A program made the translations under genes and the position numbers. From Armatimonadota bacterium (lineage in GTDB: Bacteria > Armatimonadota > SYMT01), in NCBI GenBank assembly GCA_041690135.1, contig JAWLHY010000002.1:848342-912341 (forward strand): DNA of 64,000 bases. The letters run 5' to 3'. Numbering within the stretch: the first letter of the stretch is position 1; each line of letters opens with the position of its first letter. The notes under the pieces are model-generated. The model saw nothing but the letters and a program-made list of their open reading frames with translations. It had not been told where the DNA came from and did no database searches. Positions 8,363-18,251 of the stretch are shown here, one piece after another.

Positions 8363-10315
8363 ATGTCGGACACTTGCCTGGAACAGGAGATGGGTGGTAT
8401 TTCCGACAGAGGGTATGAAGCTTCACTGATGCCGGTTGACATGTACCGTACCCTGGTCGAGGTTCTTCCCGGTGCGGTCCTGGTGACGGATCCGGACCGC
8501 GAGCGACTCTACTTCGTGAGCGCGGAGTGCGTGCGCCTGTGGCATCCCGTCGATTCCCAGTCACTCGCCGCCTACCGCCAGGCGATGCTGCACCAGGCCG
8601 TGGATCCGGGCCTGGTCGTCAACTCCTGGGTGCGCCACGCAGAGTCGCCACTCCCCACCGCAGGGGTGAGTTCCGATCTTCTCCTGCGGGATGGGCGCGT
8701 CTTGCGTTGGACCACGCGCCCGCTGATGGATTCGCAGGGGCGGCCCGCGGGGGTGTTGCATGTCTTCGACGACACCACTCCGCACGGACGGAGCGCCACG
8801 ACCGATCAGGTGGCGGATGACCTTTTCCGGCTGACCTTTGAAAAGGCGGCCGTCGGGATGACGTTGATCTCCTCGGATTTCCGCTTCCTGCGCGCCAACG
8901 CTTCCTTTTGCCGGATGACCGGCTTCTCCGAGCGGGAACTCCTGGCTCACCGCGTCTTCGATCTCAACCATCCCGAGGAACCCCTCCAGCACGAAGCCTG
9001 GGCCAAGCATCTTTCGTTGGGTCAGGACACCTTTCATGAGGAGTGTCGCTTCCTGGCAAAGAACGCTTCCGCGGTTTGGGTCCACCTCTCGGTGTCTGTG
9101 GTGCGGGATGCCGATGGACGTCCCACGTACTTCATCGCGATGGCGGAGGACATCACCCAGCGGAAGAAACTGGAGCAGGAGCAGCAGCAACGGACCCAGG
9201 AGTTAATGACCCTGGCCACCACCGATCCGCTGACCGGGCTCTACAATCACCGCTTCATGCACGAGTTCCTGCAGCAGCGGATGGTCGAAGCGAAGCGGAA
9301 CGGGCAGCCGGTGACCGTTCTTATGCTGGATCTGGATCACTTCCGGGATCTGAATGAGGCGTATGGACACGACGCGGGCAATGTGGCGCTTCGGGCGGTG
9401 GCGGACTGTATGCGCCATAGCCTGCGTGAGGAGGACGTGGCCTGCCGGTATGGTGGCGAGGAGTTTGTGATGATCCTCGCCGGTGCGCCGCTCACGGCGG
9501 CGCTTGCCGCAGCGGAGCGGGTCCGGCGGCGGGTCGAGGAGATACGTCCCACGGCGTTCCGCGCGCATCCGATCACCTGTTCGATCGGGGTGGCCTCCTA
9601 CCCGGCACATGCCTCCACCGCCGCTTCACTGCTCAAAGCCGCCGATATGGCGCTCTACGAGGCGAAACGCGGCGGGCGGAACCGCGTATGCCGCTTTGAA
9701 CCGAGCCAGCACGCCTCGGCCCTCGACAATCTGGAGCAGCTCGCATCGGGTCTTCAGGGGGCCAGCCTGGATGCAGTCAACGCGCTGGTGACGGCCATCG
9801 ATCTGCGAGACCGTTACACGGGGGCCCACTGCCAGCGAGTGGGGCGGCTTTCGGTGGAACTGGCGGTGCGCCTGGGCTGTGCCGAGGAGCAGCTGGACAT
9901 CCTGCGGATGGGGTCCACCCTGCTGGACGTGGGTAAGATCGGTCTGCCGGACAGCGTCCTGACGAAGACGGGCCGGCTCTCCCGCCAGGAGTGGTCCCTC
10001 ATGCGGCAGCACCCCGTGTGGGGAGAGCAACTGGTGCAAAGCTCTGCGTTGCCGCCGCAGGTGCTGGAGCTGGTCCGCTGGCATCACGAGCGGCTGGACG
10101 GGTCCGGCTACCCCGATATGGTGGGGGGAAGCGATCTGCCCCTGTTAGTGCGCATCGTCAACGTAGCCGACGTGGCGGCCGCGCTCCGGGACGACCGGCC
10201 CCACCGGCGCGCTTGGCCGCGCGCCCGCGTCCTCGATTACCTCCAGCAACAGGCCGGCGCCAAGCTGGATCCGGATGTGGTTCGGGCCTACTTCGAACTC
10301 TACGGCACTCCCTGA
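8363..10315 (+). CDS. PAS-PAS-GGDEF diguanylate cyclase with a degenerate HD-GYP domain
   Basis: PAS/PAC (EDITQRK), DPLTGLYN, REED I-site then RYGGEEF; HHERLDGSGYP retained; start uncertain. Confidence 0.93.
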   Translation: MSDTCLEQEMGGISDRGYEASLMPVDMYRTLVEVLPGAVLVTDPDRERLYFVSAECVRLWHPVDSQSLAAYRQAMLHQAVDPGLVVNSWVRHAESPLPTAGVSSDLLLRDGRVLRWTTRPLMDSQGRPAGVLHVFDDTTPHGRSATTDQVADDLFRLTFEKAAVGMTLISSDFRFLRANASFCRMTGFSERELLAHRVFDLNHPEEPLQHEAWAKHLSLGQDTFHEECRFLAKNASAVWVHLSVSVVRDADGRPTYFIAMAEDITQRKKLEQEQQQRTQELMTLATTDPLTGLYNHRFMHEFLQQRMVEAKRNGQPVTVLMLDLDHFRDLNEAYGHDAGNVALRAVADCMRHSLREEDVACRYGGEEFVMILAGAPLTAALAAAERVRRRVEEIRPTAFRAHPITCSIGVASYPAHASTAASLLKAADMALYEAKRGGRNRVCRFEPSQHASALDNLEQLASGLQGASLDAVNALVTAIDLRDRYTGAHCQRVGRLSVELAVRLGCAEEQLDILRMGSTLLDVGKIGLPDSVLTKTGRLSRQEWSLMRQHPVWGEQLVQSSALPPQVLELVRWHHERLDGSGYPDMVGGSDLPLLVRIVNVADVAAALRDDRPHRRAWPRARVLDYLQQQAGAKLDPDVVRAYFELYGTP

Positions 10316-10885
10316 TCGGGCCGGCAGGTCCCCTCGGCGCGAGGATCGGGCTGCGCCCACCGCGGAGCCTGGGGAATTGGCTCCGCGGTGGGCGCAGCTA
10401 AGGGGTGCATCCTGCAAGTGGCAGTCAGATTCCCACTTCGCCGGACACATCCGGCGAAGTGGGTCGGGGTCCGTCCGGCGAGCCTGCGAGAGTGGTACCT
10501 GTAGGGAACGTCTCGCCGTAGCGTTCCGCCGTCTTGGGGCTGATCCCGTCCTGGCCACTCGTACCCGTCCTGAACCAGGATTGGTCCGGTTTGGCGCAAC
10601 GGGATCAGCTTCACCATCTGCGGAATGGAGCGGCGTCACATTCCCTACCCTCCAGGGCGCACGTGACGCTGCGCGAGCCCGAACCCCTGCACCTGGGGTG
10701 GACAGAACACCGTAACGGCCTCCCTGGATGCACCCCCAAGGGGTAGGGGGGAAGTTTTTGACCGCTTGGCATGATCCTGTTTCTTCACCCAGGTTAGTGA
10801 GGCTTGCCGGAGTGATCCGTACGGACCTCCATATGGTGTACCGTACCTGCCCAGTTACTTGCAGGGACCTCTTACGCCCCCTGGA

Positions 10886-12844
10886 CTACTTACCGGACTT
10901 CCGTCTCGCCTTCAGCGGTTTCGCAGCCCGTGTTTTGACCGGCGACTGGGTTGCTCCGGCACCGGCCGCGGCTTCTTTCGCCTCCACGACCTCCTCCGCC
11001 TTGCGGGGCGGGAGGCTGGGGGGGAGTGCCTCCGGCGGCGGGATCGCGAACCCGCGCTCGGGGAGGAAGCCCCAATCCGTCGGCCACACCCGCCGATCCG
11101 GAAGAGTGCCCATCACCGGCGCGCCGGCGATATCGAGTGCCCGGCTCTCCATGAACCTCGCATTCTGCTGGAGTGGCAGGGGGGCGGCTCCCTTCTTCTC
11201 CTTTTTCATTAATGATTCCGCCCGGGGGCCGGGGGCCGGCCTGCCGAAGCCGTAAGGCCGTAGGGCCTTCCGGGCCGGTTCGGCCGGAGCCGCTGGGCCG
11301 GTGGGAGCGGGGGCGACCGCCGGTGGGGGGACGTTCGTCGCCGGTGCCGGCTTTTTCGCGAGCATGGGGTCGGCAGGCGTACTTCCGCGCGGGCTGGCGG
11401 GCGAGGCCCCGGCGAAACCGCCTCGGAGACCTCCGGTTACTTCCGCCCTCGCCTTTGCGGCGGGTTGGGATCGCTCCACGGGCTTGAGGATCAGTTGGTT
11501 GTCCTGCGGCAGGATCTGGAGCTGGTTCTGCAGAGCCACTTCTTGCAGCACGATCCAGAGCGGCGCCTGGGCCGCCGGACCCGTGAAATTCACGTTCGCC
11601 TGCGCGACGCGCGGGTCAACCTTCAGGACCACATCCGCGGCCTCCGTGAGCTGGCGTGCCGCCTCCTGGATGGTCCCGTTCCGGAAGGTGATTTCCACGG
11701 GCCGCTGCAGTGCCGTAAGCACCGCGGGAGATACCTCAAGTTCCTTCTCCTGGACTGCCTGCGCTTCGAGCTCCAGCTCCACCCCAAGGCTGATGTGGTT
11801 GGGGCGGGGTCCCTGGGCGTAAAGGCCGTCGGGTCGGATGGGGGCGGTGTCTTCGGCCGGTCCGCTGGGTTGGCTGTAGAAGTATTGGAGTGACGGCTTT
11901 TCGCTCTCGGCCACCGTTGCATCCAGCCGGGACATAGAGTCGGTCGCCGGCTTGCGCGGGGAGACGCCTCGGTTCCGCTCGTTCAAACGCCCACCGATGG
12001 CTGTCTTGCCGCGAGGGGAGTCGGTGGTCGGGGGAACGAGGGCCATCTCCGAACGGGAGAGCCGCGCCATCCGCTCGTCGACCGGCACGCCCAAGTCCTC
12101 CGCCTCCCGCCGGGCGGGCGAGACGGGCTGCTTCGGGGCAGTTTGTTTTTGCCGGAAATAGAGTGGCTCGGGCTTCCGGGCGAGCCGCCGGGTGTCCGTC
12201 ATCCTGGGCCGATCCGGCCCACCGGGTGTCGGCTCGGACGACGCAGGCCCGCGTTTCGTCCGCGAAGGGTTGTTGAACTCCCAGTTCCGCGTGGGCTTGT
12301 TGCCTGGTCCGGCTTGGAGCGCGGGGTCCGGCTCGGTTCGAGCCGGATCGGAGATCTGTGGGGAGCGACCCGCGGCAAACCAGCGACGGTCCGTTCCGCG
12401 GCTTGCGGAGACCGGTGCGTCCGCCTGGCCGCGGGGGATCGCGGTCTGGAGGGACGAGGCCGGGCGTGGGGGTTCCTGGAACACCGACTGGAGGTTGAAG
12501 TTCACCGCCAGGGCGGCGGCCATTCCGGCCGCGGCGATTGACCCGGTGGGCCAGATCCAGCGCAGCCAATCTCGGCGGGGGCGAGTAGGGGCGGGCGTGG
12601 AAGCCGGCCCGGCCGGGAGGTTTTCCTCTTCCGCCAGCCGTCTCCGGAAGTCCGCAAGCAGTCCCTCGGGAGCCGGGGAGGCCTGGGGCATGCGGAGAGC
12701 GACTTCGGCGGCCCGCAGCGCCTGCCACTGGCTCCGGCACCGGGAGCAGGCCTGCAGGTGCAGCTCCAGTTCGGCCATCCGGGCTCCGACCGGGTCGTCA
12801 TCCAGGACCCGGTCCATCCAGCGTTCCGCAGTCCGGCAATTCAT
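10886..12844 (-). CDS. Zinc-binding (zf-HC2/ZAS) anti-sigma factor with a TM helix and a C-terminal STN-like domain
   Basis: MNC...HLQACSRC (HxxxCxxC); ATGA overlap with the sigma gene; TM segment IAAAGMAAALAV; VEITFRNGTIQEAARQL...APLWIVLQEV. Confidence 0.85.
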   Translation of the reverse strand: MNCRTAERWMDRVLDDDPVGARMAELELHLQACSRCRSQWQALRAAEVALRMPQASPAPEGLLADFRRRLAEEENLPAGPASTPAPTRPRRDWLRWIWPTGSIAAAGMAAALAVNFNLQSVFQEPPRPASSLQTAIPRGQADAPVSASRGTDRRWFAAGRSPQISDPARTEPDPALQAGPGNKPTRNWEFNNPSRTKRGPASSEPTPGGPDRPRMTDTRRLARKPEPLYFRQKQTAPKQPVSPARREAEDLGVPVDERMARLSRSEMALVPPTTDSPRGKTAIGGRLNERNRGVSPRKPATDSMSRLDATVAESEKPSLQYFYSQPSGPAEDTAPIRPDGLYAQGPRPNHISLGVELELEAQAVQEKELEVSPAVLTALQRPVEITFRNGTIQEAARQLTEAADVVLKVDPRVAQANVNFTGPAAQAPLWIVLQEVALQNQLQILPQDNQLILKPVERSQPAAKARAEVTGGLRGGFAGASPASPRGSTPADPMLAKKPAPATNVPPPAVAPAPTGPAAPAEPARKALRPYGFGRPAPGPRAESLMKKEKKGAAPLPLQQNARFMESRALDIAGAPVMGTLPDRRVWPTDWGFLPERGFAIPPPEALPPSLPPRKAEEVVEAKEAAAGAGATQSPVKTRAAKPLKARRKSGK

Positions 12845-13473
12845 CCGTGTACCACTCCATCCGGATACCGGGCGACCCAACGCTTGGCGAAGGCCCGGCG
12901 CGCCCGGTGTAGCTTTACCTTCACCTGGGCCATCGTGTAACCCAGAACCCCCACCATCTCCTCGTAGGAAAGGTTCTGGAAGTAGCGGAGTACGATCACC
13001 ACCCGGTAATCCGGCGGCAACTCCGCCACCACTTCGCGGACCAGCGCCTCGTCGACCTCGCGTGTCAGGCTCGCCCACACCTCGGGGCCGTTATCGGGAA
13101 TCTCGCGCACGTTCTCGTCCTCCAGCGATGCCGGTGTCGACTTCGGACGCTTGCGGAGGTGTCCCACGCAGGTGTTGACGGTTACCCGGTAAAGCCAGGT
13201 CGAGAACGCCGCCTCCGCCCGGAACTCGCCCACCTTGCGATAGACGCGCAGAAAGGTCTCCTGGGTGCAGTCGCGGGCATCGTCCGGATTGCCCAGGATC
13301 CCAAGACATACGTTGTACACGTATTCTTGATGGCGCATGAACAATCGGTCGAAAGCCGCTTCATTGCCGGAGCGGAACGAAGCGATTAAATTCAGGTCGG
13401 AGTCGGCGGGGTCGGTCCGGCCGGTGGCCGACCGCTCCTCCAGACTCTGGCCCAGGGGCATGCTTAAGGACAC
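12841..13473 (-). CDS. ECF sigma-70 factor (RpoE/SigW-like)
   Basis: DARDCTQETFLRVY, FSTWLYRVTVN, region 4 LSYEEM...VKVKLHRAR. Confidence 0.95.
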   Translation of the reverse strand: MSLSMPLGQSLEERSATGRTDPADSDLNLIASFRSGNEAAFDRLFMRHQEYVYNVCLGILGNPDDARDCTQETFLRVYRKVGEFRAEAAFSTWLYRVTVNTCVGHLRKRPKSTPASLEDENVREIPDNGPEVWASLTREVDEALVREVVAELPPDYRVVIVLRYFQNLSYEEMVGVLGYTMAQVKVKLHRARRAFAKRWVARYPDGVVHG

Positions 13474-13610
13474 CTTTCACCTGGTCCTGCAGTAGATACC
13501 GGTAAGATGCAGGGCGGTTCCGGAAGGTTACACCTACCCGGTGGATCTTTACGAGGATCGGAGGGGGTGAGGGATAACTCCGTGTCTACAATTCCGTCTA
13601 TAATCCAAGA

Positions 13611-14582
13611 ATGATCCGCGCTTCCGTCCGTACTCTGGGTTGGGTCGCGTGCCTCGCGCTGCTGACGGGTTGCGGTGCGGGGCGTCCGAGCGTACCGGCC
13701 GCCGAGCTCACCTTCGGGCGAGAAGGGGTGGACGACGGCCAGTTCCGCATGCCGCGGGAAGTCGGCTTCTCCCCGGACGGCAAGGAGCTCTACGTCCTCG
13801 ACCGTTCCCACCGCGTGCAGGTGTTTTCCCCGGATGGGGTCTTCCTCCGGATGTGGCCCACGCCCTTCGGACCGCTGGGGAATCCCCGCGGCCTGGACGT
13901 CACCCCGGACGGCCGGATCTTCGTCGCGGATACCCACAATAGCCAGGTTCTCGTCTACTCTCCGGACGGCAAGCTGATCCGCAAGTGGGGTAAGTCGGGG
14001 AAGGCGCCCGGCGAGTTCATCTCCGTAACGGATGTCGTCGTGGACCGGCAGGGATACCTCTGGACCTGCGAGTATGGCTCTTACAACGACCGGATCCAGA
14101 AGTTCACCCCGGAGGGCCGGGTCCTGTTGACCCTGGGGAAGTTCGGAAACGAGCCCGGCGAGTTCAGCCGTCCGCAGGGGATTGCCGTGGATCGGGATAA
14201 CCGTATCTTCGTGGCGGACTCCGTAAACCACCGCATCCAGATCTTGTCGCCGGAAGGAAAAGTCTTGAAGGTTTGGGGCGAAGTGGGTCAGGAGCCGGGG
14301 CAACTGCGCTATCCCTACGACGTGAGCTTCGATGCGGCGGGACGGCTTTACGTGGTGGAGTTCGGCAACTGCCGGGTTTCCGTGTTCACGCCGGAGGGAG
14401 AGTTCCTGACCAGTTTCGGGCGCCCCGGTCGGGAAGAGGGGGAGTTCGATCACCCGTGGGGAGTCAACGTGGCGCGGAACGGCGACATCTATGTCTCCGA
14501 TACCATGAATTATCGCATCCAGAAGTTCCCGCCGCTTCCCAAGACTATCGTGCGGCAGGCCTCCGCCCGGACTGCCCGTTGA
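13611..14582 (+). CDS. NHL-repeat beta-propeller lipoprotein
   Basis: Lipobox LLTGC; repeated GEFxxPxGIAVD...VADxxNHRIQ units. Confidence 0.92.
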   Translation: MIRASVRTLGWVACLALLTGCGAGRPSVPAAELTFGREGVDDGQFRMPREVGFSPDGKELYVLDRSHRVQVFSPDGVFLRMWPTPFGPLGNPRGLDVTPDGRIFVADTHNSQVLVYSPDGKLIRKWGKSGKAPGEFISVTDVVVDRQGYLWTCEYGSYNDRIQKFTPEGRVLLTLGKFGNEPGEFSRPQGIAVDRDNRIFVADSVNHRIQILSPEGKVLKVWGEVGQEPGQLRYPYDVSFDAAGRLYVVEFGNCRVSVFTPEGEFLTSFGRPGREEGEFDHPWGVNVARNGDIYVSDTMNYRIQKFPPLPKTIVRQASARTAR

Positions 14583-14592
14583 GGAGCACTCG

Positions 14593-17500
14593 GTGCCGCT
14601 GATCTCGTTTTCGCATCCCTGGTACCTGCTGCTCCTCCCCCTTCTCATCGCGGGGGTGGTCTACGTGGCGCGGCAGAGCCTCGCGGACCTGCGCGGCTCG
14701 CGGGCGAAGTGGTCGCTCGGACTGCGGGTCGGCCTGGTTACCTGCGCGGTGCTCGCCCTCGCGGGGCTGCAGATCCGCAAGCCCACCAAGAAGCTCGCGG
14801 TGATCTTTGTGCTGGACCAGTCGGACAGTATTCCCCCCGACCAGAAGGCCCGCGCCATCGATTACGTGAACGAAGCAGCCCGGAAGATGGGCAGCGACGA
14901 CTACGGCGGCCTGCTGGTCTTCGGCTCCGATGCCTACCTGGAAAAGGAGCCCGATAAGGCCCTGAAGATCAAGCAGGTCCACAGCCAGGTTCCCCGTGAC
15001 TACTCGAACCTGGCCGGCGCGCTCCGGCTGGCGCTGGCGGCCCTGCCGGAAGACAGCCAGCGGCGCGTGGTGCTGCTTTCGGACGGCAATGAGAACCTGG
15101 GCAGCGCGGTGGAAGAAGCCGCCACCGCCGTCTCCTCCAACGTCCAGATCGACGTCGTGCCGGTCTCCTACGAGTACCCGCACGAGGTGATGCTGGAGAA
15201 GATGGTCACCCCCAGCGAGGCGAAGGTCGGGGAGCCGTTCGAGATTCGGATCATCGCCCGCAGCACGGAGAAGGCGCCCGCCGTTATCCGGCTGCTGCGG
15301 AACGGGGAGTTGATCGCCCGGCAGGCGGTCGACCTGCTGGAAGGGCCCAACGTCATCAACTTCCCGCAGTCGCTGGAAGAGGCGCGGTTCCATTCCTACG
15401 AGGCCTTCATCGAGACCCCGAAGGACCAGTTGGCGGAGAACAACCGCGCCCTGGGCTTCGTGCTGGTGAAGGGCAAGCCCCGCGTCCTGATCGTCGAGAA
15501 CGATCCGAATGATGCCCGCTACCTGGCGTCCGCGCTGCAGGGGCAGAAGCTGGAAGTGGACGTCCGTTCGCCGGGGCGGCTGCCGGCTACGCTGGCGGAG
15601 TTCCAGACCTACGACAGCGTGGTGCTCAGCAATGTCGGCGCGTACCAGTTGACGCCGGACCAGATGAAGGCGATCCGGAGCAGCGTGCGGGATCTGGGTA
15701 CCGGCCTGGTGATGATCGGCGGCGAAAACAGCTTCGGGCCGGGCGCCTACCGCGGCACGCCGATCGAAGAGGCGCTGCCCGTCGATATGGAAGTCCGCAA
15801 GCATAAGGTGATGCCGGTCGGCGCCGTGGCGATGGTGCTGCACACCTGCGAGTTTCCGGACGGCAACCGCTGGGCGCGCGAGACGGCGGCGGCGGTGGTG
15901 GACGTGCTCGGCGAGCGGGACAAGGTGGGCGTGCTGCTGTACGGTGCGGGCGAGCAGTGGGGGATCCGCATGCAGCCCGCCGCCAACAAGGAGAAGATCA
16001 AGTCCGAGCTGTACCAGCTCGACCCCGGCGACATGCCGGACTTCCACCAGATCGTGAAGATGGCCCACGACGGCCTGGTCACCGACGCGAAAGAGGCCGC
16101 CGTCAAGCACATCATCGTGATCTCCGACGGAGACCCTTCGCCGCCGACCCCCGAGCTGATGGCGATGGTCCGGAAGGCGAAGATCACGATGAGCACGGTC
16201 TCCGTCTTCCCGCACGGCGGGGGGAGCGGAACGCTCGAGGGAATGGCTCAGGTAGGCAAGGGCCAATACTACGACGTGAAGAGCCCGAACGAGATTCCCC
16301 GCATTTTTCTCAAGGAGGCCCAGCGGGTCCTGAAACCGGCGATCATCGAGGAGCCGTTCACCCCGCGCATGCTGCCGGGCAGCCAGGTACTGGAAGGGAT
16401 CGGGGGCACGCCGCCCCTGATGGGCTACGTGGCGACCACGCCCAAGGAGGCGGCCAGTGTCGAGGTCGCCATGACCTCCAAGCGCGACGATCCCATCCTC
16501 GCTTCCTGGCGCTTCGGCCTGGGAAAAGCCGTCGCCTTCATGTCGGACGCCAAGAACCGCTGGGCGGCCCCCTGGGTCGCCGACGGGGGGACTTACTCAA
16601 AGTTCTGGGCGCAGACGATCCGCTGGACCGTCCGCAGCACGGCCCGCGCCGACCTGGATACCCAGGTGGAGATCAACCAGCGCAAGGGCAAGGTGACCAT
16701 CGACGTCGTGGATAACCAGGGGAACTTCATTAACATGCTCGACATCAAGGGGAGCGTGGCGGGAGAAAAGGTCTCGCCGCAGCTCCGCATCGAGCAGACC
16801 GCCCCGGGCCGATACGAGGGCGAGTTCGACGCGCCCGACAAAGGCCAGTATATGATCGGCCTGAGTTACCGCGACAGCCAGGGGAACCCCCGGATCCACA
16901 CCGTCGGCGCCGCCGTGCCCTATTCCCCCGAGTACCGGGATCTCCAGGCGAACACCGCCGTGCTCAGCAACCTGGCGGACCGCACTCGTGGTAAGGTGCA
17001 CCCCTCGCTGACGGCGAAGCCGGACGATACCGACCTGAAAACGGTATGGCGGCGGGATCGCCGCTCCCACAGCGCACCGCAGGACCTGTGGCCGCTGCTG
17101 ATGCTGCTGGCCGCCCTGCTGCTGCCGGTCGATATTGGAGTGCGCCGGTTAATGGTCACCCGCGCCGAGTGGGTTACCATGGCCGGCACCGTTTACGAGC
17201 GCACTCTCGGCCGCCTTTCCGGAGGCGCGCGGCGACGCGCCACGCGCGAGGAGGGGACCGGCCGTCTTCTGGGAGCGAAGTCCCGCGCCGCGCGCCGGAT
17301 GGGAGCGGAGTTGGACGCCGAGTCCCTGGCCGCCGCCGAGTCAGCCGCCGCGGAGACTGCGCCGGCACAAGGCGCCACTCCCACGCCAGCCGGCGAGCCG
17401 ACGCGCAAGACGTACGAAGGACCGACCCGGCGGATGCCCACGGTTCCGGGAGCCGGGTCCGTAACGCCCTCCCCGGCCGCGGGTGCGGGCGGGAAAGCGG

Positions 17501-17832
17501 CGCCCGTCCAGGGCATGGAAGCCCCCGCAACTCCCGCGTTGTCCGCCGCTCCACCGGCTCCTGCTTCCGCCCCGTCCGGGAATGGCGGCAAAGAGGCCTC
17601 CCCCGCGAAGAAGCCGGAGACGACAACCGCGCCCGCACCGGGTAAGACTCCTTCGAGTGGGTCCGTGGTGTGGCATAAGCCGGTTCCGGGCGTCACCCCG
17701 GAGGGCAGTGGTGCGGGTACGGGCAAGGACGCAACCGACACCGGCAAGCCGGCCGAAAAACCGGCGGAAGAGGGCGGCTCGACCAGCCGGCTCCTCGATG
17801 CAAAACGAAGAGCCCGTGACCGTAAGAACTGA
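14593..17832 (+). CDS. Membrane protein with VWA domains and a GATase1-like (DUF1355-type) region
   Basis: BatA-like N-terminus FSHPWYLLLL; VLDQSDS MIDAS; LLSDGNEN; MIGGENSFGPGAY; HIIVISDG; WRFGLGKAVAF; low-complexity tail. Confidence 0.88.
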   Translation: MPLISFSHPWYLLLLPLLIAGVVYVARQSLADLRGSRAKWSLGLRVGLVTCAVLALAGLQIRKPTKKLAVIFVLDQSDSIPPDQKARAIDYVNEAARKMGSDDYGGLLVFGSDAYLEKEPDKALKIKQVHSQVPRDYSNLAGALRLALAALPEDSQRRVVLLSDGNENLGSAVEEAATAVSSNVQIDVVPVSYEYPHEVMLEKMVTPSEAKVGEPFEIRIIARSTEKAPAVIRLLRNGELIARQAVDLLEGPNVINFPQSLEEARFHSYEAFIETPKDQLAENNRALGFVLVKGKPRVLIVENDPNDARYLASALQGQKLEVDVRSPGRLPATLAEFQTYDSVVLSNVGAYQLTPDQMKAIRSSVRDLGTGLVMIGGENSFGPGAYRGTPIEEALPVDMEVRKHKVMPVGAVAMVLHTCEFPDGNRWARETAAAVVDVLGERDKVGVLLYGAGEQWGIRMQPAANKEKIKSELYQLDPGDMPDFHQIVKMAHDGLVTDAKEAAVKHIIVISDGDPSPPTPELMAMVRKAKITMSTVSVFPHGGGSGTLEGMAQVGKGQYYDVKSPNEIPRIFLKEAQRVLKPAIIEEPFTPRMLPGSQVLEGIGGTPPLMGYVATTPKEAASVEVAMTSKRDDPILASWRFGLGKAVAFMSDAKNRWAAPWVADGGTYSKFWAQTIRWTVRSTARADLDTQVEINQRKGKVTIDVVDNQGNFINMLDIKGSVAGEKVSPQLRIEQTAPGRYEGEFDAPDKGQYMIGLSYRDSQGNPRIHTVGAAVPYSPEYRDLQANTAVLSNLADRTRGKVHPSLTAKPDDTDLKTVWRRDRRSHSAPQDLWPLLMLLAALLLPVDIGVRRLMVTRAEWVTMAGTVYERTLGRLSGGARRRATREEGTGRLLGAKSRAARRMGAELDAESLAAAESAAAETAPAQGATPTPAGEPTRKTYEGPTRRMPTVPGAGSVTPSPAAGAGGKAAPVQGMEAPATPALSAAPPAPASAPSGNGGKEASPAKKPETTTAPAPGKTPSSGSVVWHKPVPGVTPEGSGAGTGKDATDTGKPAEKPAEEGGSTSRLLDAKRRARDRKN

Positions 17833-17861
17833 GTCATTGATGATCAGAGGGGAGCGTCGCG

Positions 17862-18251
17862 ATGTCCATCGCCGAGGTAAGGGAGACGGCCCGCACGGAA
17901 GACTTCATCCGGAGCATCGTTGAAGACCACCATCGAGATCCGGAGTTGGATATCCAGTTTGCTTGTTGGTTTCCCGATCCGGCAACCGGCGAAATAGTCC
18001 TGCTCGAAGTCAGCCCTGGCGTGGTGGATCCTGGGGATGCGAGTTTCTATGGGGTTACCATGGCGGTGCCGGAAGCCCGTGCGGGCGTACCCAGAATCCG
18101 CTTTATCCTGACGAGCCCCGAGGAGTTCCGGCAGGCTGCAACCGCTCCCGCCTCACCTGGCGGCGAAATCTTGTCTGGTCTCCGGCGGAGACAGGATTTC
18201 CGGGTGGTGCGTGGCGCCTCCACGGAGTTCGCCCGGCTACTGGAACCTTGA
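17862..18251 (+). CDS. Small protein, possibly a degenerate minimal nucleotidyltransferase (MNT)-like fold
   Basis: GGGGAG RBS; 129 aa; ILTSPEEF resembles the MNT C-terminal strand-helix; coupled to a HEPN-like gene; no GS..DxD motif. Confidence 0.5.
   Translation: MSIAEVRETARTEDFIRSIVEDHHRDPELDIQFACWFPDPATGEIVLLEVSPGVVDPGDASFYGVTMAVPEARAGVPRIRFILTSPEEFRQAATAPASPGGEILSGLRRRQDFRVVRGASTEFARLLEP

Noticed and set aside
10316-10885. ncRNA or riboswitch between convergent genes
   Set aside because: No recognisable motif, and the position 3' of both genes argues against a riboswitch
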